64,000 nucleotides of DNA from Bryobacterales bacterium. Lineage in GTDB: Bacteria; Acidobacteriota; Terriglobia; Bryobacterales; UBA6623. Of this stretch, positions 47,901 through 57,931 are shown piece after piece. The stretch is from the NCBI GenBank assembly GCA_963422375.2, contig OY729428.2, positions 288,001 to 352,000 on the forward strand, read 5' to 3'. The translations under genes and the position numbers were made by a program. Below the pieces are notes generated by a model, which was given only the letters and a program-made list of their open reading frames with translations, ran no database searches and was not told the origin of the DNA. Numbering within the stretch: position 1 is the first letter of the stretch; every line of letters starts with the position of its first letter.

Positions 47901-49129
47901 ATGGGAGCGAAGCGGGTCGGCGCAGACCGTGCAATCCGAAGGTACTGCTTGCAATCTGCACGGAACGACCGCGGGGTTGCAGCGTCGTCGAGCGCGATAC
48001 TACGCCGGCGCGGCCGCTTCGAGCAGTGCTCGTTCGTCACCGTGACCGGCCCCCGGCATTCCCGCAAGACCACTCTCTGCCGCCGGGAGTTCGCGCGCCT
48101 CCGCTACGTTGATCTGGACGAGCCGAACAGGCGCGACTTCGCGGAGACCGATCCCGTCAGATTCCTGGACCAAGTCGGCACGGGCACCGTTCTGGACGAA
48201 ATCCAGCGCGTCCCGAGGCTCGTGCCCTATCTGGGTCTCCTGTCCGACCGCGACGAGCGCAAGAGCCTGTTCGTGCTCGCATCCAGCGAGCAGTTCGGAC
48301 TCTCCTAGGCGAGCGCCGAGACGCACGCGGGGCGCACGGCCCTGCAACGGTTGCTGCCTTTCTCGCAAGCCGAAGCGCGACAGGCCGGCGCGAGCCAGCG
48401 GATGGACCACATTCCGCTTGCGGACTGCTACCCGCGCATCCACCCCAGGCAACTCGGCGCCTGACCCGCGCCGGGAGACCATCTCGGGACCTACGTGGAG
48501 CGCGACGTCCGACACATGGGGGGATCCGCAACTTCCCGAGCTTCCGTCGGTTCGCCCGCCTGTGCGCGGGTCGCACGGGGCAGATCATCAACCTGACCGC
48601 CTTGGGAGCAGACGTCGGTCTCCCACGCGACGGCTCGCCAGTGGCTGTCCGAGCAGGAAGCCAGCCTTGTCGCATCCCGGCTTCCTGCGTACTCAGCGAA
48701 CATCCGAAGGCACCTAGCCACAACGCGCATCCTCTGTTTCTACGATGTCGGTCTTGCACGCCATCTCGTCGGCATCGAGAACGCGAGGCAGGTCTCGAGA
48801 ACGCCGTGGTGGCAGAGACCCTTGAGCACCGCTCCAATCAAGGCCACCGCTCGAATCTCTCGATCTTCCGTGATGCCCGATGCATCGAGTGCGATCTGCT
48901 GTACGCGATCGGCGACGCGATCGCCGCCATCGAGATCAAGCCTGGCCGAACCGTTGCGTCCGACTGGTTCCGCGCCCTCGAGCATGTCGCGCATGCCTTC
49001 TCGCGAATCGTTGCGACGTCAGTCGTATGTGGCGGCACGGACCGGCAGGTCGGGGCCGGGGGCGAGATCGCGCGCGTGTCCAATCTGGCGCGGCTGCTCG
49101 GTCGCTTCGAGAGTGCCCGCGACGTATGA
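47901..49129 (+). pseudogene. AAA_14/DUF4143-type ATPase remnant
   Basis: Degenerate Walker A GPRHSRKTT, LDEIQRVP, TYVERD, FYDVGL, AIEIK spread over several frames; stop at 48306. Confidence 0.75.
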
Positions 49130-49323
49130 GGAGAGCCGACGCCGACGGGCCGTCACCGCGACGAAGGGCACCGCAGCCGACTCGGCAACAGACCTTCGAT
49201 TGATCCTGCTTGCCGGTCTTCATCAGACCGGAGGCACCCGGGCATCGACCCGCAGACTCCGGGGAGATCCCGCTCGGCGGACGGTCCGGCGTCCCACCGC
49301 GCCCGGGCGCGCTCTGCCTCCGA

Positions 49324-50778
49324 TCAGACGATCGTCCGACGGTCGGACTCGACTTCCTCGAACCATTCCTCCAGCATCGAGAGCATCCTCCGTGCGCGGT
49401 CCGGATGCGACCCGGCGAGATTCCGAGTCTCCGACGGATCCTCGCGGAGGTTGTAGAGCTCGGGCGGCTCCGGGTCGAGCCGCGTGAGCCGCGGAACGGG
49501 CAGGACGTCCCGCACGAGGGCCGGGTTCTCCTTGTGCTTCAGGTCGGCCTCGACGAAAGCCGCGGTCCGCGCCCGGTCCCCGTCCGAGACGCAGAGGTCG
49601 TCCCTGAAGAATCGAGTGCCCCGAATCATCGGCCTCACCAGCTTCCAGTCGCCGTCCCTGACGGCGGCGTTGGTGCCGACGTCCGGCGAGTAGAAGTTCC
49701 ACTGCCAGAACCTGCGCGGCTCGACCTGCATCGGCATTCCGGTCAGGATGGCCGAGAGGTCCTGGCCGTCCATCGGAGGGCCCGGCGGGCGATGAACGCC
49801 CGCGAGCGACAGCAGCGTCGGCATCCAGTCCGTGAAGTGCGCCAGGACGTCCAGCATCTTCCCCGGCCCCACAGTTCCGGTCCAGCGCAGCACCATCGGC
49901 ACGCGGATCCCGCCTTCGTAGATCCAGCCCTTGCTGCCTCGCAAGCCTGCGTTGTATCTCTCGTTGAAGGTCGGCTCGCCTTCGTCGAGCATGTAGGGCG
50001 GGTTGAAGAAGGCAGGGCCGTTGTCGCTGGTGAACGCGACGATCGTGTTGTCGGCGAGCCCTTCCGTGTCGAGCGTATCCAGGATGCGCCCGATGCCTGC
50101 GTCCATGCGCTCGATCATCGCGTAGGTGGTGGCGACGATGCGGCTGAAGCCCCGATCGCGGTACGGCGCGATCCACTCCGCGCCAGCTTGGAAGGGAGAG
50201 TGCGGCGCGCTGTAGGGCAGGTACAGGAAGAACGGCGCACTCCTGTTCCTGAGGATGAATGAAACTGCCTCCTGGGTGAGCAGGTCGGTCATGTAGTGTC
50301 CCCGGCCCGGCTGGATACTGTGATTGCGACGCAGGAAGTAGCGATAGTAGTCCGACCACCCACCGCAGAAGCCGGTGAACTCCTCGAATCCCCGGGCGTT
50401 GGGCTCGAATCGGGGGTCAAACGTGCCGTTGTGCCACTTGCCTACGAGGCTCGTGCGGTAGCCAGCGGCGAGGAAGGCATCCGCGACCGTGATCTCGCGT
50501 AGCGCGATGCGGTCCAAGCCGTGGATCTCGTGCTGGGTGATCGCCCCGGTTCGGTGGGGATACCGACCGGTCAGCAGCGCCGCGCGCGCCGGCGCGCAAA
50601 TCGGCGAGGCCGAGTAGTGCTGCCGGAACGAGGTCCCCTCGCTGACAAGCCGGTCCAGGTGCGGCGTCCGGACCGCGCCGTCGCCAAAGCACCCGAAGTC
50701 CCCGTAGCCCATGTCGTCGGCAACGATTAGGATGACGTTCGGTCGGCTTGGATTCATCGCAACGGTCTCCGGGCTCAC
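49324..50778 (-). CDS. Sulfatase (Cys-type)
   Basis: ADDMGYGD, CAPARAALLTG, GKWH, SDNGP, YEGGIRVP. Confidence 0.92.
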   Translation of the reverse strand: MSPETVAMNPSRPNVILIVADDMGYGDFGCFGDGAVRTPHLDRLVSEGTSFRQHYSASPICAPARAALLTGRYPHRTGAITQHEIHGLDRIALREITVADAFLAAGYRTSLVGKWHNGTFDPRFEPNARGFEEFTGFCGGWSDYYRYFLRRNHSIQPGRGHYMTDLLTQEAVSFILRNRSAPFFLYLPYSAPHSPFQAGAEWIAPYRDRGFSRIVATTYAMIERMDAGIGRILDTLDTEGLADNTIVAFTSDNGPAFFNPPYMLDEGEPTFNERYNAGLRGSKGWIYEGGIRVPMVLRWTGTVGPGKMLDVLAHFTDWMPTLLSLAGVHRPPGPPMDGQDLSAILTGMPMQVEPRRFWQWNFYSPDVGTNAAVRDGDWKLVRPMIRGTRFFRDDLCVSDGDRARTAAFVEADLKHKENPALVRDVLPVPRLTRLDPEPPELYNLREDPSETRNLAGSHPDRARRMLSMLEEWFEEVESDRRTIV

Positions 50779-50817
50779 GGACGGGTATCATACTGGAATC
50801 TACCTACGGAGAATCGC

Positions 50818-52173
50818 ATGAAGGCATCGCAGCCCACTAACCGTCGCCGCTTTATCGGAGCCGCCGCAGGCAGCTTGCTGCTGGTCCCTGGCGCCCGCCC
50901 CGCCACCGGCCCCCGCAGGGTCGCTGTCGTCGGGCCGGGCTGGTACGGCAAGATCGACCTGTTCCGCCTCATCCAAGTCGAGCCGGTCGAGGTCGTGGGC
51001 CTGTGCGACGTGGACAGCCGGTCGGTCAAGGCGGCGGCCGAACTGACGGCGACCCGCCAGAAATCGGGCAAGACGCCCCCGACCTACGGCGACTACCGGG
51101 AGATGCTGCGGCACGAGGAGCCGGATCTCGTTCTGGTCGCGACGCCGGACCACTGGCACGCCCTGCCCATGATCGCGGCCTGCCAAGCCGGAGCGGACGT
51201 GTACTGCCAGAAGCCCATCGGCGTCGATATCCGCGAGTGCCAGGCGATGCTCGCCGCGGCGCGGAAATACGAGCGTGTAGTGCAAATCGGTCTCCAGCGC
51301 CGCTCGACACCGCATCTGGTCGACGCGAAGAAGCGAATCGTCGAGGACGGGCTGCTGGGAGACATCGGTCACGTAGAAGTCTGCTGCTACTACCACATGC
51401 GCGCGACCGCTAGCCCGCCGGACACTGAACCGCCGCCGCACCTGGACTACGATTTCTGGACCGGTCCGGCGCCAATGCGACCGTACAACGAGCTCTGCCA
51501 TCCCCGCCGGTGGAGGGCCTTCATGGAGTACAGCAACGGCATCATGGGCGACATGTGCGTCCACATGCTCGACACCGTGCGATGGATGCTGGGCCTTGGC
51601 TGGCCGAACCGGGTCTCTTCCACGGGCGGGATCCTCGTGGAGAAGGACAGCAAGGCCAACACCGCGGACTCGCAGGTCGCCACCTTCGAGTACGACAGGT
51701 TCCCGGTGGTGTGGACGCACCGCAGCTGGGGCACACCGCCGGATCCCGCCTACCCCTGGGCGTTCTTCATCTATGGCTCCAAGGGCACGCTGAAGGGCAG
51801 CGTCCATGGCTGGGACTTCGTCCCGGTCGGGAAAGGCGCCTCCCCGCTCCAAGGCAGGAACAAGCAGGAGGTCGACCAGTATCCCGAGGACAGGACCGAG
51901 GCCGACCTCGAGCTGCATTCCGCCCACGCGGTCCGCTACCACATGAAGGACTGGATCCAAGCAGTGAACGAGCGCTCGCGGCCCGTGGCCGATATCGAGG
52001 AGGGTCACATCTCGACGACGGCCTGCATTCTCGCCAACCTGTCTATGCAGCTGGGCCGACCTCTCGCGTGGGACGAACAGCGAGGCGAGGTGCGTGGCGA
52101 CAGGTCAGCGAACGCGCTGCTGGCCCGGCCCTACCGCAAGCCTTGGAAGCATCCGGATCCTGCCCAAGTCTGA
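50818..52173 (+). CDS. Gfo/Idh/MocA oxidoreductase, Tat signal
   Basis: NRRRFI, ATPDHWH, YCQKP, QIGLQRRS, DMCVHMLD. Confidence 0.92.
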   Translation: MKASQPTNRRRFIGAAAGSLLLVPGARPATGPRRVAVVGPGWYGKIDLFRLIQVEPVEVVGLCDVDSRSVKAAAELTATRQKSGKTPPTYGDYREMLRHEEPDLVLVATPDHWHALPMIAACQAGADVYCQKPIGVDIRECQAMLAAARKYERVVQIGLQRRSTPHLVDAKKRIVEDGLLGDIGHVEVCCYYHMRATASPPDTEPPPHLDYDFWTGPAPMRPYNELCHPRRWRAFMEYSNGIMGDMCVHMLDTVRWMLGLGWPNRVSSTGGILVEKDSKANTADSQVATFEYDRFPVVWTHRSWGTPPDPAYPWAFFIYGSKGTLKGSVHGWDFVPVGKGASPLQGRNKQEVDQYPEDRTEADLELHSAHAVRYHMKDWIQAVNERSRPVADIEEGHISTTACILANLSMQLGRPLAWDEQRGEVRGDRSANALLARPYRKPWKHPDPAQV

Positions 52174-52985
52174 GGCTTTGCCCCGGAGCGGAGACTGTCC
52201 TGGACCGCCACGCAGCCCCAGTACATCAATTGCCGGCATCGTCACCGGGCAGGGGAAGGGTGGGGACGCAAGCGACGCCATCCGGCCCGGCCAATGCAAG
52301 CGGCCCCACCGCTCCTGAGCGAAGCGCGTCTCCATCGTAACGGCCGCTCAAGGTTGATTCAGCGGGTCAACGAGTCCAATCCCCTCGCCTCCCAGCTAGC
52401 CGAGGGCCACACGAACGGATCTGAGCCGCTCCCCGACCAGTTCCGCGAAACGGCCCGGAGCCCCGCCAGGCGATGCCACTTCCGTGAATCGATGGTACAA
52501 GTCCATGCCGAAGGGCTGGCGCACGAGTCGAGACATCATCCGGCCCCCTGCCTGCGGACTCGGGCCCTCCGCTCTTTGCCCCTCGCGATCCCCGACAGGC
52601 CCTTGACGGCCTCGACCAGACTGGACCGAGCATACATCTTGCTAGAATTCGTCAAGGAGGCCTAACGCCGGTCCGTCCCGCAGCGTCCGAACTTGCGCTC
52701 CACCGAATGCGTGTTACACTAGATCCACCGTAGGGTTCCGTCGAACGCGCTGCGGTGCCGGGTCAGCTTGTACTGGGCGGAATTGCAGCCGACGTGCTGC
52801 AAGCACAGATTTCGACAGCAATGCTGATGAAGGCTTTATCGTCTTGGGGTGTGCTTGATCATGACTAGGAGCGACTCGGAAAACATGCCCGAAGCGGAGG
52901 GTCCCTTCAACAAAGTCGACGATCCAACGCATGACAGCCAAGGCCGCCCGGGCGACGAGATTCCCTTCTCAGATCCATAACAGGA

Positions 52986-53386
52986 CCTGATTACCCACAA
53001 GACTCAGCCAAGGTTAGGAGGAGGTAAGGCATGGGCGGGGTGCGCACGGAGGCGTGGAGCAGGCGGGGGACCAGCGCCTCCAGATCGTAGCGGCGGTTGA
53101 AGCGGTAGCGGAACTCGGCGAGGTAGCTGCCAGAGCTTGCGGGAGCGGATGCGGCAGTGCCGTCGGGAGCCGCACTCCGGGCAGCGGAAGCCGTCCGGCC
53201 GGCGGGCCTTGAAGACGGCCTGCTCGCATTGCCCCTCGCTGCCGTAGCGCTGCAGGAACTTGCCCGGGCTGAGTCCCTGCTGGAATTGCACGCGATTGCG
53301 TTTCATCAGCTATCCCCTTTCCTGTCAGAGGTTTCCGACCTCCTCCAGTATAGCATATCGTCGGCTGAAGTTCGTTGGTAATCAGG
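52986..53386 (-). mobile_element. IS1595 lineage B copy 3 (401-bp deletion derivative)
   Basis: Same IRs; TSD TAACAGGA at 52978-52985 and 53387-53394. Confidence 0.92.
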
Positions 53387-53389
53387 TAA

Positions 53390-53647
53390 CAGGAAGCCGC
53401 TGAGCCGACGGTTATCCATTTCAAGGTCAACGGCGAGGAACAAGAGAGCGAACGCCGTCCACTGACAGTAGAAGAGATCTTGCTGAATGCCGGTCATCCG
53501 GCTGGCTTCGATCCAACAAGGCCTGGCAACTACTACTTGCAGCTATCGTCCAATGATCGCAAATACTGAACTCTTTCCGATCAAGTTCTACTCAGTGAGG
53601 CTGACCATTTTCTAGCAGTTCACAGCGGTCGAACTCCTGTCACATGA
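53390..53647 (+). pseudogene. Ubiquitin-like (beta-grasp, multiubiquitin-type) protein, not in ORF track
   Basis: QEAAEPTVIHFKVNGEEQESERRPLTVEEILLNAG...YYLQL...KY*TLSDQVLLSEADHFLAVHSGRTPVT; internal TGA 53567; stop overlaps next ATG (ATGA); 5' end hit by IS. Confidence 0.72.
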
Positions 53648-54024
53648 ATTCCGCAACGAAAATTTCCGAAGAAATTTCTTCGCTCGGGTACTGCCCCAGA
53701 GTCTTGCTCCAATCCACGTTCAACAGATGCGATTTAGTGATTTTCCACTATGATGTCATGACTGGACGATACAAGGGTAACACCTTTGACATATTCTTGG
53801 CGAATGAAGCAAATATATATCCCGAGTATCCGCCGCATTTTGTCGGTATATCTGAATTGAGTGACCATAGAATTCCCCTTTATACCTCCGTTGATGTTGA
53901 CGGACGCAGTTGGGCCGTCTTTAGTTGCCCACCGAATGACTTCTGGGACGATCTCAGGCCAGAAGACAAGAACATGCGCACCTAGATCAGGCGACATCTT
54001 GCAAGGTTCTGGGATCAATTATGA
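53644..54024 (+). pseudogene. E2/UBC-like protein with premature TAG
   Basis: YPEYPPHF and WAVFSCPP motifs; reading through TAG 53983 gives IRRHLARFWDQL* ending in an ATGA overlap with the next gene. Confidence 0.68.
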
Positions 54025-55406
54025 CTTATGACGCTGTTCTCCGTGAATCGGTCAGTAAGCAGATTGTGGACTTCCTCTTGTACAGCATTCGTGCCGGTGA
54101 ACGACAGGAAGATCTCTGTTTCGCTCTGTGGCGTCCATCAACGGGGGCAACCCGTCAGTCGGCATTGATCTACGAGGCCTTAATGCCGTTGGACGGTGAG
54201 AGGCATCAACACGGGAACGTCAGCTTCGAACCCGCTTACCTGACGAGGGCAGTGAAGGTTGCAATGAGCCAGAATGCAGGCTTGGCATTCATGCACTGCC
54301 ACTTGACGGCTGGGTGGCAGGATATGAGTCATCCTGATGTGGTTGCGGAGCGTGAGCGAATTGCACCGGTTGCCCGCGCCACTGGCCACCCGCTCGTCGG
54401 ACTGACGCTTGGTACGGACGGCACTTGGAGTGCCCGATTCTAGGTTCGGAATGATAAGGGCTACACTCGAGAATGGTGTGACAAGGTCAGAGTGGTTGGT
54501 AGACGCTTGGACCTCAGCTATAATGACCTATGCCATGTCACCGCCAAAGCGCAAGCCAATCCTCCAGGGCACTATCGACACATGGGGACAGGCGCGACAG
54601 CATGACATCTCTCGACTTCGAATTTACATCGTAGGGCTCGGAAGCGTCGGAGGCTTCGTCGCCGAAGCACTTACACGCATGGGCTTGGTTCAGCTAACCC
54701 TCATTGACCCCGACAGAATCGAGATTCACAATCTGGACCGTCTCATCCATGCTACTCGCAGTGATGTCGGAAAGTACAACGTTGAAGTCGTCGCACGACG
54801 CATTCGGCGGATCGCCACAGCCGATGACTTTCAAGTTCGAGCATGCAACCGTCCAATTCAATGTGAAGGAGCCTATCGACTGGCATTGGACTCTGACTTG
54901 CTTGTATGCACTGTAGACCGTCCGCTACCAAAGGACCTGCTGAACCGAATAGCGCACGCACATTGGATCCCGTTGATTTTTGGCGGTGTATTCGTCCAGA
55001 ATAAGACAGATGGCACCCTTAGTCAAGTACATTGGAGTGTCATAGTATCGGGTCTAGGAAGAAGATGCTTAAGATGTGACGGACAATATACAAGTTCTGA
55101 TGTCGTAATGGAGATGGATGGTTCACTTGACAATCCCAGTTACATCAATACTGATTTACAGACACCTTCATCTCCCACAAATCAGAATGTATTTCCGCTC
55201 AGTTCGCACCTCGCGAGTTCAATCGTATTGGAACTGATACGCCTTGTCATCTCCGATACTTGGTGGCCATCAAGCACAGATAAACTTGACTATCAGCTAA
55301 TCCAGAATCAGTTGATTATACGTATGATGTTGAACGCGTCCCTCATTGCTCAATCTGCGGTTCATCGACTATCGGAGATCAGTATATCTCACCATTCATT
55401 AGTTGA
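54021..55406 (+). pseudogene. JAB/MPN peptidase-like domain fused to ThiF/E1 adenylyltransferase, broken
   Basis: E...HCH-x7-S-x2-D; TAG 54441 then VRNDKGYTREWCDKVRVVG; frameshift about 54530; VGLGSVG, DPD...NLDR, CLRC; second CxxC (CSIC, 55347-55358) lies in a shifted frame. Confidence 0.8.
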
Positions 55407-57242
55407 GTCTCTGCATCAAGAGATCGCTGACCTGTGACGAGATGTTGGAATCGGTTTTCTCGGACTGCGAATTGGTTCTAACAAACAGGTACAGTTAAGA
55501 GTCCATTGAAGTCGATATGGGTTTTCAGAGGCTCAGGTTTCAGTTGATCAGTGCGTTGATCGAATCCGGATTCGCTTATGAAAGCACCGAGTCTCTATTT
55601 GGAATGTCTAATGGTTGGATGAAGTCGATCGAGGTGCTAGAAGCAGCGCCGCTTTGCCTACGAATGGGCGCACGCGGTCGGCACATGCTGCCTACCTGGT
55701 CTCGGGGGCGGGATCTGACATCAACTGCTTCTTTGGCCATTCGAAAGTGACGGCGAGTGACGTGGAAGCGTAGGAGAATTCAGGCCGAGCGCACTGACAA
55801 TTCGTGAATCAGAAATTCAACTTCTTGGTGTATCATTGCCCGACGGTTCAGTGCAACTTCAAGTATGCCAAGCACGGTCTCGCCAATTTGCTGCTGGACC
55901 TAGACCCATTGGCCTTGTCCCTTCTCGGCGGCTGGATTGCGCCTCCAGGCTTTGGCACGGTGGCCGGCCGAAAGTTGTTCCGTATCGGGCGCTGCTCCGG
56001 TAGGCACAGGTCGCGCTGAGCTGGCATGGCTGCCCGCACTGGGTCCCGCTGCTTGGGCTTGCGCTCGCGTCCCCTGCCAGTTCACCAACCGACGTGGCGG
56101 CCAGACGCCTCGGAGCGATTACAGCGGCAGTACCCGTACCCTTGAGCGAATCTCCGTCCGAGCCCGGCTTCACTGCCGGAGGCCTCACCCAGATCCAAGC
56201 TAGCGGAAGATTCGAGTGTGCCAAACGTACGTCCGTGTCTTCATATGTGCCAGCCTCAGATATCCAGTGGTCGTCTCAGTAGCGATGTCGCAATTTGGGA
56301 CGGCTCCGACGAACCGAGAGCAGCACACCAGCCGCAAGGGGCCCGGCAGGGATCTGCTCGGAGCGGTTTCGCCGCTGTCGAGGCGCGTGACACCAAGTCT
56401 AATAGCCCCGCCATGTACCCTCGGCTCGGCAGTAACAGTTCGACGGCTAGGACGAGGGCTCCAGCCGAGTGAGCCCACCTCAAGACCGCGACTGGACAAA
56501 TGAGACGGGCGGCATTCCGCCGATCCCGGAAACTGCTTATGAAGTCACCTAGCGTGTCACAAGTGATTTCAGCCTTGTGTCCTCCATTTGGGCACGTGGA
56601 ACACAGAATCACAAGATGTAGATCGGATGGTGCGACCCCTCGGGGAAGACTCTTGACGCTCAGTGCAAGGACTTTCGGCAGGTCCGCGACTCGCTCCGCC
56701 CCTCGACCTCGGGATGTCTGAGCCTACAAGCAGGCGATCAAGAGAGTGAGCGACGCCACGTTCCAGAAGGACAGCGGCCCGGAACGCGGCCGGGTGGACT
56801 CCGGATATTGCTCCCATCTGTGGCGCAACCCCGCCCCGAGCCGCCCGGGTTCTGCGTCCATGCTTGGCTGTGGCGGCATGTGCAGATGCCCCCTCGCAGG
56901 ACACCGGGCAGGGCTCACCAATCATGTCACAAAGCCACAACCTAGGCGGTCGACATTCCCGACAGCAGCTGTCACGGTGTACCAGCGCCCATCGGGCTGG
57001 TCTATCGACGGGCCGGGACCGACCTGTGGCAAGTGGGTTCGCGATGCAACGATGCGAAGACCCCATCCGCAGGCCCCGGCGGCCAGCCCGCGCCGGGTTG
57101 GGCTGCCGCGCACCGTGCCAGCGGCAGCCTCGCACGAACCCCGGCAGACTGGCGGCGGGCGCGTTTGCTAGAATTCCGCATTGACAGCCAACGGCCTGTG
57201 TGCCTTGCAGCGCCGCTTTCTATCACGAGAGGATTCAAGACC

Positions 57243-57884
57243 ATGAGAACTCCCACGCTGATCGCCTGCGCCCTAGCAGTCGCCTGCATGGCGATGCCCG
57301 GCTTCGCCGCCGACAACAGCAACTTCTTCATCACGAGCAAGGGCCCCGGTGACGGTGCCAACCTAGGCGGCCTTGCCGGCGCGGACGCGCACTGCACCAG
57401 CTTGGCCAAGGCGGCGGGTCTCCCGGACCAGACATGGAAGGCCTACCTGAGCGCGAGCGCCGCCGACGGCAAGCCTGCCGTCAACGCCCGCGACCGCATC
57501 GGCACGGGACCTTGGTACAACGCCAAGGGCGAGAAGGTGGCCGACGCCAGCAGCCTGCATTCCGAGTTCATCGAGCTGGGCAAGGAAGGCTCCCTGAATG
57601 AGACGGGCGCGATGGTCAATGGCCGGGGCGACTCTCCCAACCAGCACGACATCCTGACCGGCTCGCTGCCGGACGGGACGGCCTTTGCCGACGAGGCGGA
57701 CCACACCTGCAGCAATTGGACGAGCAACGGCGAGGGAAGGGCCCAGGTAGGTCACCACGATCGCCAAGGCGGCGGCCCGAGACCCAACTCGTGGAATTCG
57801 GCTCACGGCTCGCGCGGCTGCAGCCAGGCGGACCTGGTCGGCACGGGCGGCAACGGCCTCTTCTACTGCTTCGGCTCCAAGTAG
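57243..57884 (+). CDS. Secreted lectin-like (endostatin/DUF1554-like) protein
   Basis: Signal peptide; FFITS...NLGGLAGADAHC...WKAYLS...ARDRIG...CSNWTS...LFYCF. Confidence 0.8.
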   Translation: MRTPTLIACALAVACMAMPGFAADNSNFFITSKGPGDGANLGGLAGADAHCTSLAKAAGLPDQTWKAYLSASAADGKPAVNARDRIGTGPWYNAKGEKVADASSLHSEFIELGKEGSLNETGAMVNGRGDSPNQHDILTGSLPDGTAFADEADHTCSNWTSNGEGRAQVGHHDRQGGGPRPNSWNSAHGSRGCSQADLVGTGGNGLFYCFGSK

Positions 57885-57931
57885 GGCGGCGCGAGCTGCC
57901 CATTGGGCATCGCGCCGGGCGACAACGTCAG

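Noticed and set aside
53567..54443. Programmed stop-codon readthrough or alternative genetic code in the Ubl operon
   Set aside because: Stops are of two types (TGA, TAG), are accompanied by frameshifts and an IS, and both codons terminate normal genes elsewhere in the window.
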